Virus record (IMG/VR): IMGVR_UViG_3300035050_000030
Span: 1 to 55,923 of that record
Length of the DNA stretch: 55,923 nt
Reading direction: 5' to 3' (one strand)
Origin: a virus
Lineage: Duplodnaviria > Caudoviricetes
Below are positions 1-9,614 of this stretch, piece by piece (the stretch's first letter is position 1; every line of letters starts with the position of its first letter). Below the pieces are notes generated by a model that saw only the letters and a list, made by a program, of their open reading frames with translations, did no database searches and had not been told where the DNA came from. The translations under genes were made by a program, and so were the position numbers.

Positions 1-186
1 CCATCGAGCAAGCGCTGCTCGAACTGCGGCCACGTAGAAGAATCCATGCCACTTTCCAAAAGAGAGTGGACGTGTCCTGAGTGCAACACCCATCATGACC
101 GCGACATAAACGCGGCCAAAAACATATTGGCGGCAGGGCTTGCCGCAACAGTCTGTGGAGAGAATGTAAGCCCCGTGTCTCTTTGA
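1..186 (+). CDS. tnpB: TnpB C-terminus (truncated by window edge)
   Basis: Frame 1 reads PSSKRCSNCG...WTCPECNTHHDRDINAAKNIL*: zinc ribbon plus RuvC-III Asp. Confidence 0.93.
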   Translation, partial: PSSKRCSNCGHVEESMPLSKREWTCPECNTHHDRDINAAKNILAAGLAATVCGENVSPVSL

Positions 187-269
187 GACATAGGCTGTTT
201 TCTGTGAAGCAGAAAGTTCCTGGTAGCAATATCGGGAATCCCCTTCCTTCAGGGAGGGGAGGACGTCAA
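1..269 (+). mobile_element. Right end of IS200/IS605-family element, including omega-RNA scaffold region
   Basis: GGGAATCCCCTTCCTTCAGGGAGGGGAGGACGTCAA subterminal hairpin ending TCAA; close match to the end at 54625-54660. Confidence 0.88.
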
Positions 270-297
270 GTGTAATATCTACATATGGAGGTGTCTA

Positions 298-546
298 ATG
301 GGATATTGTGTTTGTGGAGAAAACAGCCCAATTTGTTTTTGCTCGGGTCAAAACGACAAATCGAAAGAGTGGAAATATTTTGAGCTTGAGCAATGTCCAT
401 GGTGCGGAAACGATGTCGAGGTGTTGACCGACGCACCAGCCGGATATGTACAGGACGGGGATGCTGTGCGGTGCGTCGATGCCAACTGCGGTTTCAGATC
501 TAGTGTGTCTGTTGATGACGAAGAAATCTGGATTCAAGACGCATAA
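298..546 (+). CDS. Small Cys-rich zinc-ribbon phage protein
   Basis: GGAGG RBS; CPWCG and CxxxxCG motifs. Confidence 0.7.
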   Translation: MGYCVCGENSPICFCSGQNDKSKEWKYFELEQCPWCGNDVEVLTDAPAGYVQDGDAVRCVDANCGFRSSVSVDDEEIWIQDA

Positions 547-583
547 CGATTGAGTTAAAGCGCCGACTGAAAGGAGGTCGATT

Positions 584-802
584 TTGAACGACTTGTTAGC
601 CCTGTTTGGCGACCGGGAAGAAACAATTTATAGCGCAGAATTGTATCTGTTACGCAAGATCGCAGAGACGAGCAGTGATATGTTGCAAGGGCGTGAGTGG
701 CCCGAGTTCCGAGAAGCAAGTGGAGGGCAAGAAAAGTTGGATAAAGCACATGCTGATGCAGTGATGAATTACGAGCAATGGATATCTGAAGGAGATGGAT
801 AG
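584..802 (+). CDS. Hypothetical protein
   Basis: AAGGAGGT RBS before TTG start. Confidence 0.65.
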   Translation: MNDLLALFGDREETIYSAELYLLRKIAETSSDMLQGREWPEFREASGGQEKLDKAHADAVMNYEQWISEGDG

Positions 803-903
803 TGAGTGGTCTACCACGATTAGCAGAAGATTTGCGGGAACGATACTCGGATTAAAGCGCCGAAGGAGGGGTGAGAAAATAGCTTGATTTAGCCTGAACA
901 ATC

Positions 904-932
904 TTGCACAAATGCCTGAAATTTGGTAGTAT
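904..932 (+). promoter_or_regulatory. Sigma70-like promoter
   Basis: TTGCAC-N17-TAGTAT with TG extension. Confidence 0.55.
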
Positions 933-938
933 TATTGA

Positions 939-1004
939 TGTGTGGCCCTTCTTCTCTTGGACATACACCTCCTTTCTTGCCCCCTCGAAAGAGGGGGACT
1001 TTTT
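939..1004 (+). ncRNA. Candidate ~65-nt sRNA with anti-SD motif, ending in an intrinsic terminator
   Basis: Promoter upstream, CCTCCT at 968-973, hairpin CCCCCTC-GAAA-GAGGGGG then T-run; no ORF. Confidence 0.45.
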
Positions 1005-1009
1005 AAGGA

Positions 1010-1426
1010 CTATTCGGAGAGGCGGGCACCGCATGTTTCCAACACCTCGCGGTATTCGGTGACGATCCCGTGGGGCTGCCAGAAGCGGTAAGCGACGTCC
1101 TGGATCGCAATCTTCCCGGCAAGGGGGAGAGCGTCAACCTTTTTTGCGAGGGCCCTGGGATCAATTTTCCACTTGTCGGCCAGCACTGGCGCGGAGTCCA
1201 GTACTTCGTCTTTGAGAAAATCAGCGTGGCGACCTTCCAGGACAACGCCGTTAAGCATGTCCATGAGGTAGAGCCACTCAGCTTCTTTCAGTTCCGGCAT
1301 GGCATCGGCAATGACCGCCTGCCAATCCTGGATGATTCCGGTCAGACGCCGGGAGAAAGCGCCGGGTTCATCGCACCCGATGACCGGCATGATTTCGTCG
1401 GATAAATAGATAGTTTTTCTGGGCAT
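1010..1426 (-). CDS. Hypothetical protein, possible ribbon-helix-helix regulator; paralog of 53012..53431
   Basis: AAGGAG RBS; N-terminal RKTIYL strand then helices; similar by eye to the 53012 ORF. Confidence 0.7.
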   Translation of the reverse strand: MPRKTIYLSDEIMPVIGCDEPGAFSRRLTGIIQDWQAVIADAMPELKEAEWLYLMDMLNGVVLEGRHADFLKDEVLDSAPVLADKWKIDPRALAKKVDALPLAGKIAIQDVAYRFWQPHGIVTEYREVLETCGARLSE

Positions 1427-1471
1427 AGTGTTTCTCCTTAAAAAAAGCCCCTCCGGAGAGGGGCGGTGTGG

Positions 1472-1705
1472 TTATTCTGCGAAGTTTTTTCTTGAATCAA
1501 GCTCAGACTGAATTTCGTCTTTGTAATAATACGTATGCGTAAAGTTCGCATAATCGAAGCGCCGTTCGGTTACGCTGTAATATATCCTGCCATTGTCGTC
1601 CTCGGCTACACGCAGAAACATATCACCGTGTACACGGTCAATGTCTTCGATGAACATCTGTAATTCTTCGTCCGTCATACTTTTAAGTGTTGGCACTTCC
1701 ATCAT
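1472..1705 (-). CDS. Hypothetical early protein
   Basis: AAGGAGG RBS; co-oriented in leftward operon. Confidence 0.7.
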   Translation of the reverse strand: MMEVPTLKSMTDEELQMFIEDIDRVHGDMFLRVAEDDNGRIYYSVTERRFDYANFTHTYYYKDEIQSELDSRKNFAE

Positions 1706-1762
1706 TCCTCCCTTTCCCTTTCGTTATGCCCGACCGAAGCCGGGGCCATAAATGTTTTTAGA

Positions 1763-2272
1763 TTAAAAGCAGTCGCTGACGTTAAAATCCTCACCAGCAG
1801 CTTCAAGTTCTTCATATTTTTCGTAAGCATCAACCCAAAGCTGATAGTCTTCGTCGCTGATGGTGGTGTCATTTTGCTTGGCCTCGTCAACAAAGCCATA
1901 CTCGTTGACGAATGCGCCAAGCAAGCAGGTTTCTGAACCATACGCCAACTCGGCTTCTTTTTCTGATACAAGCTCAGCCAGGTCACTTACCTTTTTGGCC
2001 TGGTTTGCGGCCATGGTAAGACCCCATTCGCCATCGACAAACTCGCCGCTTGCGTCTAAGTAGATGGAAACATTTTCTTTGTCGTGGTGCAGAAAACAGG
2101 GGCCGGGGTAGTTGGCGTGGAGGGTAAATCTATCTGCTGCGATGATATCGTGTTTGGTGATTTCACCTGTTATATCAATCCCTCCGTTGCCATGGTCTAC
2201 AACTCCTTCAATGCCGTGCTTTTCTATTAAGCTAATCGCCTCTTTGCCCGTTACTGTCTGATTGTTTTTCAT
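1763..2272 (-). CDS. Hypothetical acidic early protein
   Basis: AAGGAG RBS; first gene after the leftward promoter. Confidence 0.7.
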   Translation of the reverse strand: MKNNQTVTGKEAISLIEKHGIEGVVDHGNGGIDITGEITKHDIIAADRFTLHANYPGPCFLHHDKENVSIYLDASGEFVDGEWGLTMAANQAKKVSDLAELVSEKEAELAYGSETCLLGAFVNEYGFVDEAKQNDTTISDEDYQLWVDAYEKYEELEAAGEDFNVSDCF

Positions 2273-2347
2273 GACCTCTCTCCTTTCGCCTCATTCGGCG
2301 TCTCAGGTTGTGGGGGTCGGCTTATCCGTTCCCCTGACTCGTGTGTA

Positions 2348-2375
2348 ATACTATCATACCATCATACATCGTCAA
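2348..2375 (-). promoter_or_regulatory. Leftward sigma70-like promoter with GTATGAT direct repeats
   Basis: Minus strand TTGACG-N16-TAGTAT with TG extension. Confidence 0.5.
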
Positions 2376-2447
2376 GCCCTAAAAATGCTACTCAGTGCTT
2401 TTTCTTCGCAAGTGCCCGTAAATCTGAAAGAAAAAAATGTAAAAATA

Positions 2448-2476
2448 TTGATTGAGTTTCCACTGTGTAGTAAACT
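2448..2476 (+). promoter_or_regulatory. Rightward promoter upstream of the packaging genes
   Basis: TTGATT-N17-TAAACT with A-rich upstream tract. Confidence 0.45.
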
Positions 2477-2685
2477 GTGTATATGGGGTACTCAATATGC
2501 AAAGGCAGTTTGGGGCGTGTGCCGGGCTATAGATAGCGCGTGCAGCGTAGGACTGACTGAGCCGAGAATCCCGCGCGGCTTTGATATGCGCTGTCCGGAG
2601 ATGGGCGGCAAAGGGAATAACTATCGAATAGAAGATTGCAAGCGCAGGCAGCGGAATGGCTGTCGATGTGCGATGAGGGTAAGAG

Positions 2686-3075
2686 ATGGCGTTAACAAGT
2701 AAGCAGGAGAAATTTTGTCAAGGTGTAGCTGCGGGGATGAACAATTCCGAAGCGTACCGTTCTGCTTATGACACCCGAAAGATGAAGCCAGAGACCGTAC
2801 AGAACAAGGCTTACGCCATGGCCAAGCGGGGCGAGATACAGGCGAGGATCGAGGAGTTACGCGAACCTATCATCAAGGATTGCCGAATCACGCTTGAGAG
2901 CCACCTGAACAGGCTGGAAGAATTAGCGCGCAAGGCAGTAGAGGACGGACAGGTAAGCGCGGCGGTTAAAGCGGAAGAGCTGCGCGGCAAAGCATGTGGT
3001 CTGTATGTCGAGAAGCGGGAGGTATCACAGAAGATAAACGTGAACGCTGATTTCTTCGGCATAGATGATGAGTGA
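2686..3075 (+). CDS. terS: Terminase small subunit
   Basis: LTSKQEKFCQ...SEAYRSAY N-terminal HTH pattern; directly upstream of TerL. Confidence 0.88.
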   Translation: MALTSKQEKFCQGVAAGMNNSEAYRSAYDTRKMKPETVQNKAYAMAKRGEIQARIEELREPIIKDCRITLESHLNRLEELARKAVEDGQVSAAVKAEELRGKACGLYVEKREVSQKINVNADFFGIDDE

Positions 3076-4492
3076 AGCGCTCAATATAAGCTATAAAGCA
3101 ACGCCGACGGCGCGGAAGTTCCATCGTTCAAGGGCAAGAGTGCGGGTCCTTATGGGCTGCATCGGGTCCGGAAAAAGCGTCGCATGTTGCTGGGAGATAT
3201 TCAGACGATGCTGTGAGCAGCGCCGGAACGAGCAGGGGATACGCAAATCACGCTGGGCGATAGTCCGCAACACCTACGGCGAGTTGCGCGAAACAACTTT
3301 GAAAACCTGGCTCGACTGGTTCCCCACCCCCGAATTTGGCACGCTCAAGGATGGCGCACCGATTACATACCACTTAAACATCAACGACGTAAGAGCGGAA
3401 ATACTCTTTTTAGCCTTGGACCGACCGAAGGACGTAAAGAAACTTCTCTCCCTTGAGCTGACCGGGGTGTGGTTCAACGAAGCGCGAGAAGCAGACAAGG
3501 CGCTGGTAGACGGCGCGGACGGTCGTGTGGGTCGGTATCCGGCACAAAGAGACGGAGGCCCGACCTGGTGGGGCATGATCCTCGATACCAACCCACCAGA
3601 CGATGACCATTGGCTTTACCATATGGCGGAAGAAGAGCGCCCGCGTGGGTGGGACTTCTTCAAACAGCCACCAGCGATGATCCCCACGGGGGACGATCAA
3701 TATAGGCCGAACCCCGAAGCGGAGAACGTCGAGAACCTTCCGCCCAAATACTACGAGAGTATGATCCCCGGCAAGACGCGCGAGTGGATCAAGGTCTATG
3801 TGCTGGGTGAATACGGCACGATTGAAGAGGGCCGCCCGGTCTTTCCCGAATTTAGAGACATACACGCGGCAGACGGAGAATTGCTCCCATACCGCAATCT
3901 GCCTCTAGTGATCGGCTTTGACTTTGGGCTTAACCCTTCCGCAGTGTTGGTGCAGATGTCACCCCACGGGCAAATAAGGGTGTTGGATGAGCTAGTAGCT
4001 GACGGTATGGGGCTGAGACAGCACATAGATAACGTGCTCAAGACACACTTAGCGCAGCACTATCCGGGCATGGATGTACGGGTGGTTGGTGATCCGGCAG
4101 GGGTGGCACGGAGCCAAACGGATGAAAGAACCTGCTTTGAGATACTTGAAGAGGCGGGGATTAAGGCGGAACCGGCAGCGACCAACGATTTTACGGCAAG
4201 GCGAGATGCAGTAGCGACACCAATGCTTAGGATGGCGGACGGTAAGCCGGGCTTTGTAGTGAGCAATCGTTGCAAGCTGATCCGCAAGGGTTTCAGGGGC
4301 GCGTACCAGTACAGGAGACTTCAGGTCGCGGGGGAATCGCGCTTTGTCGATAAGCCAGACAAAAACCTCGTTTCGCATCCGATGGACGCTTTGCAGTACG
4401 CATGTCTGTACTTCGCACGACCGGCACAGTCACAGAAACGCACACACACCACTGCCCGGACGTATAGACCGGCAACAGCAGCGGGATACTAG
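3065..4492 (+). CDS. terL: Terminase large subunit
   Basis: Walker A GCIGSGKS, WFNEA Walker B, DTNPP coupling motif, GFDFG and HPMDALQY nuclease motifs. Confidence 0.95.
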   Translation: MMSEALNISYKATPTARKFHRSRARVRVLMGCIGSGKSVACCWEIFRRCCEQRRNEQGIRKSRWAIVRNTYGELRETTLKTWLDWFPTPEFGTLKDGAPITYHLNINDVRAEILFLALDRPKDVKKLLSLELTGVWFNEAREADKALVDGADGRVGRYPAQRDGGPTWWGMILDTNPPDDDHWLYHMAEEERPRGWDFFKQPPAMIPTGDDQYRPNPEAENVENLPPKYYESMIPGKTREWIKVYVLGEYGTIEEGRPVFPEFRDIHAADGELLPYRNLPLVIGFDFGLNPSAVLVQMSPHGQIRVLDELVADGMGLRQHIDNVLKTHLAQHYPGMDVRVVGDPAGVARSQTDERTCFEILEEAGIKAEPAATNDFTARRDAVATPMLRMADGKPGFVVSNRCKLIRKGFRGAYQYRRLQVAGESRFVDKPDKNLVSHPMDALQYACLYFARPAQSQKRTHTTARTYRPATAAGY

Positions 4493-6349
4493 ATGGAAGC
4501 ACAAGAGTTCGAGCAGGAAAGTCAGATGACGGCAGCCGACGCCCTGGGGGTACGGTTATCGAGTCAGTTTGACGAATGCAAAGCGCAGAGGCGCGAATAC
4601 GAAGACAGATGGCTGGAAAACCTGCGCATGTATCGCGGGGAGTACGGCCCGGACGTGTCGATACCGAAGAATCGCAGCCGTGCTTTCCTTCGTCTTACGC
4701 GTATAAAGGTGCGCTCGATGGATTCCCGGCTGTTGGACATGCTCTTTCCTTCCGGGAGAAATGAGTCCTTCAAGCTCGAAGCAACCCCGGAGCCGGACGT
4801 GGACCCGGAGTTTATCGCACAGATAGCTGAGAGATACGAACAGCAGACACGGGAGCAGCCGACCGCCGAAGTGCTGGAAAAGCTGGTACGTGAACATGCG
4901 AAGGAATCTGCAACGGCGATGGAGCGCAAGATCAAGGATCAGCTAATTGAACTGCGCTACAAGGCAGCGTGCCGCAATGTGTTTCACCAGGGGCACCTAT
5001 TCGGCACAGGGGTGCTTAAAGGCCCCATGGCTGACTATAAGACCCGCACCGGATATCGCCAGACAGGGGTGAACCAGTACGAGTTCTACGAAGAACCGCA
5101 GACATTGCCGTATTTCGAGGCGGTAAGGCTGTGGGACGTATACCCGGACATGAGCGTGACCGACATTGAAGACGCAGACTATGTGTTTCAGCGTCATGTA
5201 ATGAGCAAGCAGGATCTTCGCGGCCTGGCGGCAAGGGAAGATTTCGACGCGCGGCGCATCCTGGACTATCTCAAGGGCAACCCGGAAGGTGACGCTACCC
5301 TTCTGTATTGGGAGGATGAGCTCAAGAACATCAATGAGCAGATGGATGGCGTTAAGAAGCGCCTGCATAACAAATACGAAGTTCTGGAGTATTGGGGCTA
5401 CGTAGATGGGCAAGACCTTCAGGCCGCAGGTGTGGACGTGGAAGATGAGCACGTTGAGTATATGGCAAACTTGTGGGTGCTGGGTGGCAGGACGGTGAAG
5501 GCTGTATTGGCCCCTTACGATAGCCAACGCCTCCCGTATTACTTCTACCACTACGAAGCGGACGATACATCCATCTTTGGCGTGGGTGTGCCGGAGATAG
5601 GCGAAGATACGCAGATGCTGGCTAACTCAGCCAACAGAGCAATGATTGACAACGCCGCAATTACGGTGGGGCCGCAAGCAGAGGTCAATGTTGACCTGCT
5701 CGATCCTTCCGAAGACCCGCGCGACATATACCCGATGAAAGTATGGCTTCGGTCTGGACGCGGCGCAGAGGGGCAGAACAGAGCGGTAAACTTCTTCTCT
5801 CCGCCGAATCACACGCAACACCTTCTGAACATGGTCGAGACTTTCCGCACCTGGAACGACGAAGTAACCGGCATACCTTCGTATATGCACGGGGATAGCG
5901 ACGTAAGCGGGGCAGGCAAGACCGCATCCGGGCTGTCCATGCTTATGAGTGCTGCAAACCTGACCCTTAAGGACGCGGTGGAGAACTTCGACCAGGGGAT
6001 TACTGTTCCCTTTTTGAAAGAAATGTACTCATGGAATATGAAGTACACGGATGATGACGATATTAAGGGTGACTACGAGGTTAAAGCAACCGGGTCCACT
6101 TCACTGGTTGCTAAAGAGGTGCGGATAAATAACCTGCAGAACTTCCTGAATCTGACCGCCAACGAAGGGGATCAGAACTTAATCGACCGGCGGCAGATGT
6201 TAGAAACCATGCTCAAGGAGATGGAGCTACCGGAACACTTGTTAAGACCGGAAGAAGAAACAGATTATATCAAGCAGTTAGAGCAGGCTGTTCAACAGAT
6301 GCAGCAGCAGATGCAACAACTTATGGGGCAAGGTGATGGACAACCTTAA
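4493..6349 (+). CDS. Portal protein (podovirus type)
   Basis: 618 aa after TerL; FGTGVLKGP, FGVGVPE and TASGLSML motifs; Q-rich tail. Confidence 0.9.
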   Translation: MEAQEFEQESQMTAADALGVRLSSQFDECKAQRREYEDRWLENLRMYRGEYGPDVSIPKNRSRAFLRLTRIKVRSMDSRLLDMLFPSGRNESFKLEATPEPDVDPEFIAQIAERYEQQTREQPTAEVLEKLVREHAKESATAMERKIKDQLIELRYKAACRNVFHQGHLFGTGVLKGPMADYKTRTGYRQTGVNQYEFYEEPQTLPYFEAVRLWDVYPDMSVTDIEDADYVFQRHVMSKQDLRGLAAREDFDARRILDYLKGNPEGDATLLYWEDELKNINEQMDGVKKRLHNKYEVLEYWGYVDGQDLQAAGVDVEDEHVEYMANLWVLGGRTVKAVLAPYDSQRLPYYFYHYEADDTSIFGVGVPEIGEDTQMLANSANRAMIDNAAITVGPQAEVNVDLLDPSEDPRDIYPMKVWLRSGRGAEGQNRAVNFFSPPNHTQHLLNMVETFRTWNDEVTGIPSYMHGDSDVSGAGKTASGLSMLMSAANLTLKDAVENFDQGITVPFLKEMYSWNMKYTDDDDIKGDYEVKATGSTSLVAKEVRINNLQNFLNLTANEGDQNLIDRRQMLETMLKEMELPEHLLRPEEETDYIKQLEQAVQQMQQQMQQLMGQGDGQP

Positions 6350-6387
6350 CAGGGTTTCGGCGCTTTTTTTTGGTTTAAGGGGAATAG

Positions 6388-6588
6388 ATGAGCAAGCCCG
6401 AACTGATACGCGACATACGCGAGCTGCAGCACTCAGGTGCTTACAAACTGATAGCGCAGCTCGTCAACATGGAAGAAGAGGCGCTTTTAAGCCGCCTGCG
6501 TTATGCAGACACGGCAGAAGAAGTGCGCAAGCTACAGGGTGCGCTGGGTGCCCTGGAGTCGATTAAGGACGCAATGCAGATACCCTAA
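6388..6588 (+). CDS. Small head-module protein
   Basis: Sits between portal and scaffold; RKLQGALGAL pattern. Confidence 0.65.
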   Translation: MSKPELIRDIRELQHSGAYKLIAQLVNMEEEALLSRLRYADTAEEVRKLQGALGALESIKDAMQIP

Positions 6589-6612
6589 ACGGGCCTGCGA
6601 AGGAGTGACCAA

Positions 6613-7416
6613 ATGACAGAAGAACAGGAAGAAGTCACAAGGGAGGTAGAAGAAAACCAGGATTTTGACGCTGCATGGGATGAAGAAGCCCCCGCAGAAG
6701 ATCAGGACACCGAAACGCAAGAGGATGAAGGCCAGGCAGAAGGTCAAGAGTCCGACGCGCCGGGAGAAGATCAGGAGGGCGGACAGGCGGATGAAGAAAC
6801 CCCCGAAGAACGGCAGCGCAGAAAGTCATGGGAAGGGCGGCTCAAGAAGCGTGAGGAAGAACTGCGCGCCCGTGAGCAGGAACTTCTGGCGATGCAAGAG
6901 CAGAGCCAGAAGAAAGAGCCTGAACCCGAAGACGACGAGGACGATCCTGAGTGGCAAGCCCTTGTAGATGATCTGGGCGAAGAACTGGCTTTGCGGGTAC
7001 GCAAGCAGAGCAAAGCTATCGCGCAAAAGGAGCTTCAGTCCGAGATCGACAAAGTGCGGCAGGAGATGCGTCAGCAGATCGAACCGCTCACCCAGAGACA
7101 AGCACAACAGCAGACCGAGCAGCACATCAAGACCATTCAGAAGGCGCACCCGGACGCCTTTGACCTGGTTAAAAGCGGGGAGATACAGGAATGGGTGGAA
7201 CAACAGCCTTCCTACCTCCAGCCCGCATTTAAGCACGTCATTGAGCAGGGCAGCGCGGACGAAGTGGTGGAAATGCTCGACACGTACAAACAACAGCGAA
7301 AACCACAACAAAAACAAGCGCCCGTCGCAGCCGTTAAAAGCCGCAGAGGTGGAAAGGTGAGAACTACCGCCGCTGCAAAAGACGACTTTGACGCCGCATG
7401 GGACGAGGCGCAATAG
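6613..7416 (+). CDS. Capsid scaffolding protein
   Basis: Acidic coiled-coil before the capsid gene; DFDAAWDE at both termini. Confidence 0.8.
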   Translation: MTEEQEEVTREVEENQDFDAAWDEEAPAEDQDTETQEDEGQAEGQESDAPGEDQEGGQADEETPEERQRRKSWEGRLKKREEELRAREQELLAMQEQSQKKEPEPEDDEDDPEWQALVDDLGEELALRVRKQSKAIAQKELQSEIDKVRQEMRQQIEPLTQRQAQQQTEQHIKTIQKAHPDAFDLVKSGEIQEWVEQQPSYLQPAFKHVIEQGSADEVVEMLDTYKQQRKPQQKQAPVAAVKSRRGGKVRTTAAAKDDFDAAWDEAQ

Positions 7417-7427
7417 GAGACTAGATC

Positions 7428-8432
7428 ATGGCAACTACAGAATATGGGGACATTTCCCCGCGTACAGCAGCATATGTACAGAAAGAACTCCTGAAGCGCG
7501 GTGAGCCTTACCTGGTGCTGGAGAAATTCGGTCAGGGTAAGCCGGTTCCCACTCGCTCAACCAAGGTAACCAAGTTCCGGCGCTATGAGGCGCTTGATCC
7601 TACGCCCAACGCTTTGACAGAGGGCGTTACGCCGTCAAGCACCACTCTTACCCACACAGATATTACCGCCACCCTGCAGCAGTACGGTGACCTGGTAACT
7701 ATCTCTGACGTGGTAGAGGACACTCACGAAGATCCCGTACTTCAGGAAGCGCAGGAGATTCTGAGTGAACAAGCGGCTCAGATGATTGAAAAGGTGCGTT
7801 TCAACGTCCTGAAGGCGGGAACCAACGTCCACTATGCCAACGGCGAAGCACGCGCCGCGGTAAACACTGTACTCTCCCGCGACATGCAGCGCCGGGTAGT
7901 GCGTGCCCTGAAGCGTCAGAACGCGCGTCACATTACCAAGATTGTGCGCTCTACGCCTAATTACGGCACTGAGAACGTAGCCCCGGCGTTTGTGGCACTG
8001 ATCCACCCTGACCTTGAGGGTGACGTGCGCAACCTTACCGGCTTTACCCCTGCAGAGGACTACGGGAGTATCACCCCGTATCCAAGTGAGCTCGGCAAGT
8101 GTGAGGACGTGCGCTATGTGTCCTCGACTGTTTTCGAGTCATGGGCGGATGCCGGTGGTTCTGCAGACCCCGAGACAACCGGAAGTAATACCCTGCTGTC
8201 TACTACCGGCACCAATGCCGATGTGTACCCGATTCTCTATATCGCGGCCAACAGCTACGGGATCGTACCCCTCAAAGGTAAGGGCTCCATCACTCCGATG
8301 GTAACAAACCCCAAGCCTTCCGATTCCGATCCGCTGGCACAGCGCGGACATGCTTCATGGAAAGCCATGCAGACTGCAGTCATTCTGAACGATCTGTGGA
8401 TGGCTCGTCTGGAAGTTGCTGCATCCGTATAA
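7428..8432 (+). CDS. Major capsid protein, N4-gp56 family
   Basis: YGDISPRTAAY, LTEGVTP and SDPLAQRG motifs. Confidence 0.92.
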   Translation: MATTEYGDISPRTAAYVQKELLKRGEPYLVLEKFGQGKPVPTRSTKVTKFRRYEALDPTPNALTEGVTPSSTTLTHTDITATLQQYGDLVTISDVVEDTHEDPVLQEAQEILSEQAAQMIEKVRFNVLKAGTNVHYANGEARAAVNTVLSRDMQRRVVRALKRQNARHITKIVRSTPNYGTENVAPAFVALIHPDLEGDVRNLTGFTPAEDYGSITPYPSELGKCEDVRYVSSTVFESWADAGGSADPETTGSNTLLSTTGTNADVYPILYIAANSYGIVPLKGKGSITPMVTNPKPSDSDPLAQRGHASWKAMQTAVILNDLWMARLEVAASV

Positions 8433-8439
8433 ACCCACG

Positions 8440-8464
8440 GCGGGGGTGAAAGCCCCCGCTTTTT
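8440..8464 (+). terminator. Intrinsic terminator after the capsid gene
   Basis: GCGGGGG-TGAAAG-CCCCCGC followed by TTTTT. Confidence 0.8.
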
Positions 8465-8486
8465 AACCACTTGGGAGAAGAAGATA

Positions 8487-8930
8487 ATGGCAAAAGCGTA
8501 CACAGAGGCACAGCTTAAAGAGATGCCCCAGGCGGAGTTATTGTCGCTTGCAAGCGAACTCGGCTTAAACGTAGACCCCGGCGAGGATAAGGAACTTCTG
8601 GTAGCGGAGATTTTCTCAGCACAGAAGGCCCCGGCAAAAAAAGCGCAGACAAGACGCCCGCGCAAGGCAGCCACGGAAGAAACTAAGGAAGAATCAGACC
8701 GCGTGACGGTTATCTTTCACGAAACCAGCGGCCCCGACGGTGACGCTCCGGTGAAGCTGGCCCTTAACGGTGACGTAATGCGTGCCAAACGAGGTGAGCC
8801 TGTCAAGATCAAGCGCAAATTCCTCAAGGGATGCGTGGATAACGCGATTATGACCGAATACATACGCGACGAGGAAGCTGGGAAGGTGCGCACCCGCAAT
8901 GTGCCGCGTTTTCCGTACTCGTTCGCATAG
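8487..8930 (+). CDS. Virion-module protein with Rho-N-like helical N-terminus
   Basis: LKEMPQAELLSLASELGL pattern; ends PRFPYS. Confidence 0.6.
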   Translation: MAKAYTEAQLKEMPQAELLSLASELGLNVDPGEDKELLVAEIFSAQKAPAKKAQTRRPRKAATEETKEESDRVTVIFHETSGPDGDAPVKLALNGDVMRAKRGEPVKIKRKFLKGCVDNAIMTEYIRDEEAGKVRTRNVPRFPYSFA

Positions 8931-8942
8931 AAAGGATAGCGT

Positions 8943-9614
8943 ATGGCAACGATAACAGCACAAAGCATACTCAATCGTGCTGCAACGATTCTGCAGGACA
9001 CCACAAACACGCGCTGGCCCGAAGATGAGCTGCTGGATTGGCTTAATGACGGGCAGCGAGAGGTTGTCTTGTATAAGCCGGATGCAAACCCTAAGCTGGA
9101 GGAATTGTCGCTAGACATCGGTACGCGCCAATCAATCCCCCCGCATGGCCTACAGTTCTTGGATGCTGTGCGCAATGTGGTTAACGGCATACCCTCAACG
9201 GCAATCCGGCTGATAGAGCGCCGTGTATTGGATGAGCAGGTTCCTGATTGGCATAGTGAATCGGGTTCTACAATAGTCAAGCACTTCCTGTTTGACGAGA
9301 GGGATCCCAAGCACTTCTGGGTTTACCCGCCTTCTGACGGGAGTGCGAAGGTCGAAGTCTTGTTTTCTTCTGCCCCGGTAGACATTGCCAAGACAGATAC
9401 CATTGGTATTGACGACATTTATGCCAATGCACTGCTCGACTACATCCTGTATCGCGCCTACCTGAAGGATGCAGATTACGCAGCCAACGACAACAGAGCT
9501 ACAAGTCAACATCAGCGGTTCCTTTCTTCACTGGGGATGCTGGATGCGCAGGAAGCGACCAACAACCCTTATGTGCGCAAGAAAAACCCTGTTGTCCCAC
9601 CGGGTGGTGAGTAA
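8943..9614 (+). CDS. Head-tail adaptor (DUF6682-like)
   Basis: LQDTTNTRWPEDELLDWLNDGQRE, FWVYPP and YILYRAYLKD motifs. Confidence 0.75.
   Translation: MATITAQSILNRAATILQDTTNTRWPEDELLDWLNDGQREVVLYKPDANPKLEELSLDIGTRQSIPPHGLQFLDAVRNVVNGIPSTAIRLIERRVLDEQVPDWHSESGSTIVKHFLFDERDPKHFWVYPPSDGSAKVEVLFSSAPVDIAKTDTIGIDDIYANALLDYILYRAYLKDADYAANDNRATSQHQRFLSSLGMLDAQEATNNPYVRKKNPVVPPGGE

Noticed and set aside
270-289. Left TnpB guide targeting 55292-55300 (GTGTAATAT)
   Set aside because: Only 9 nt match and no TTAT precedes it; compatible with chance
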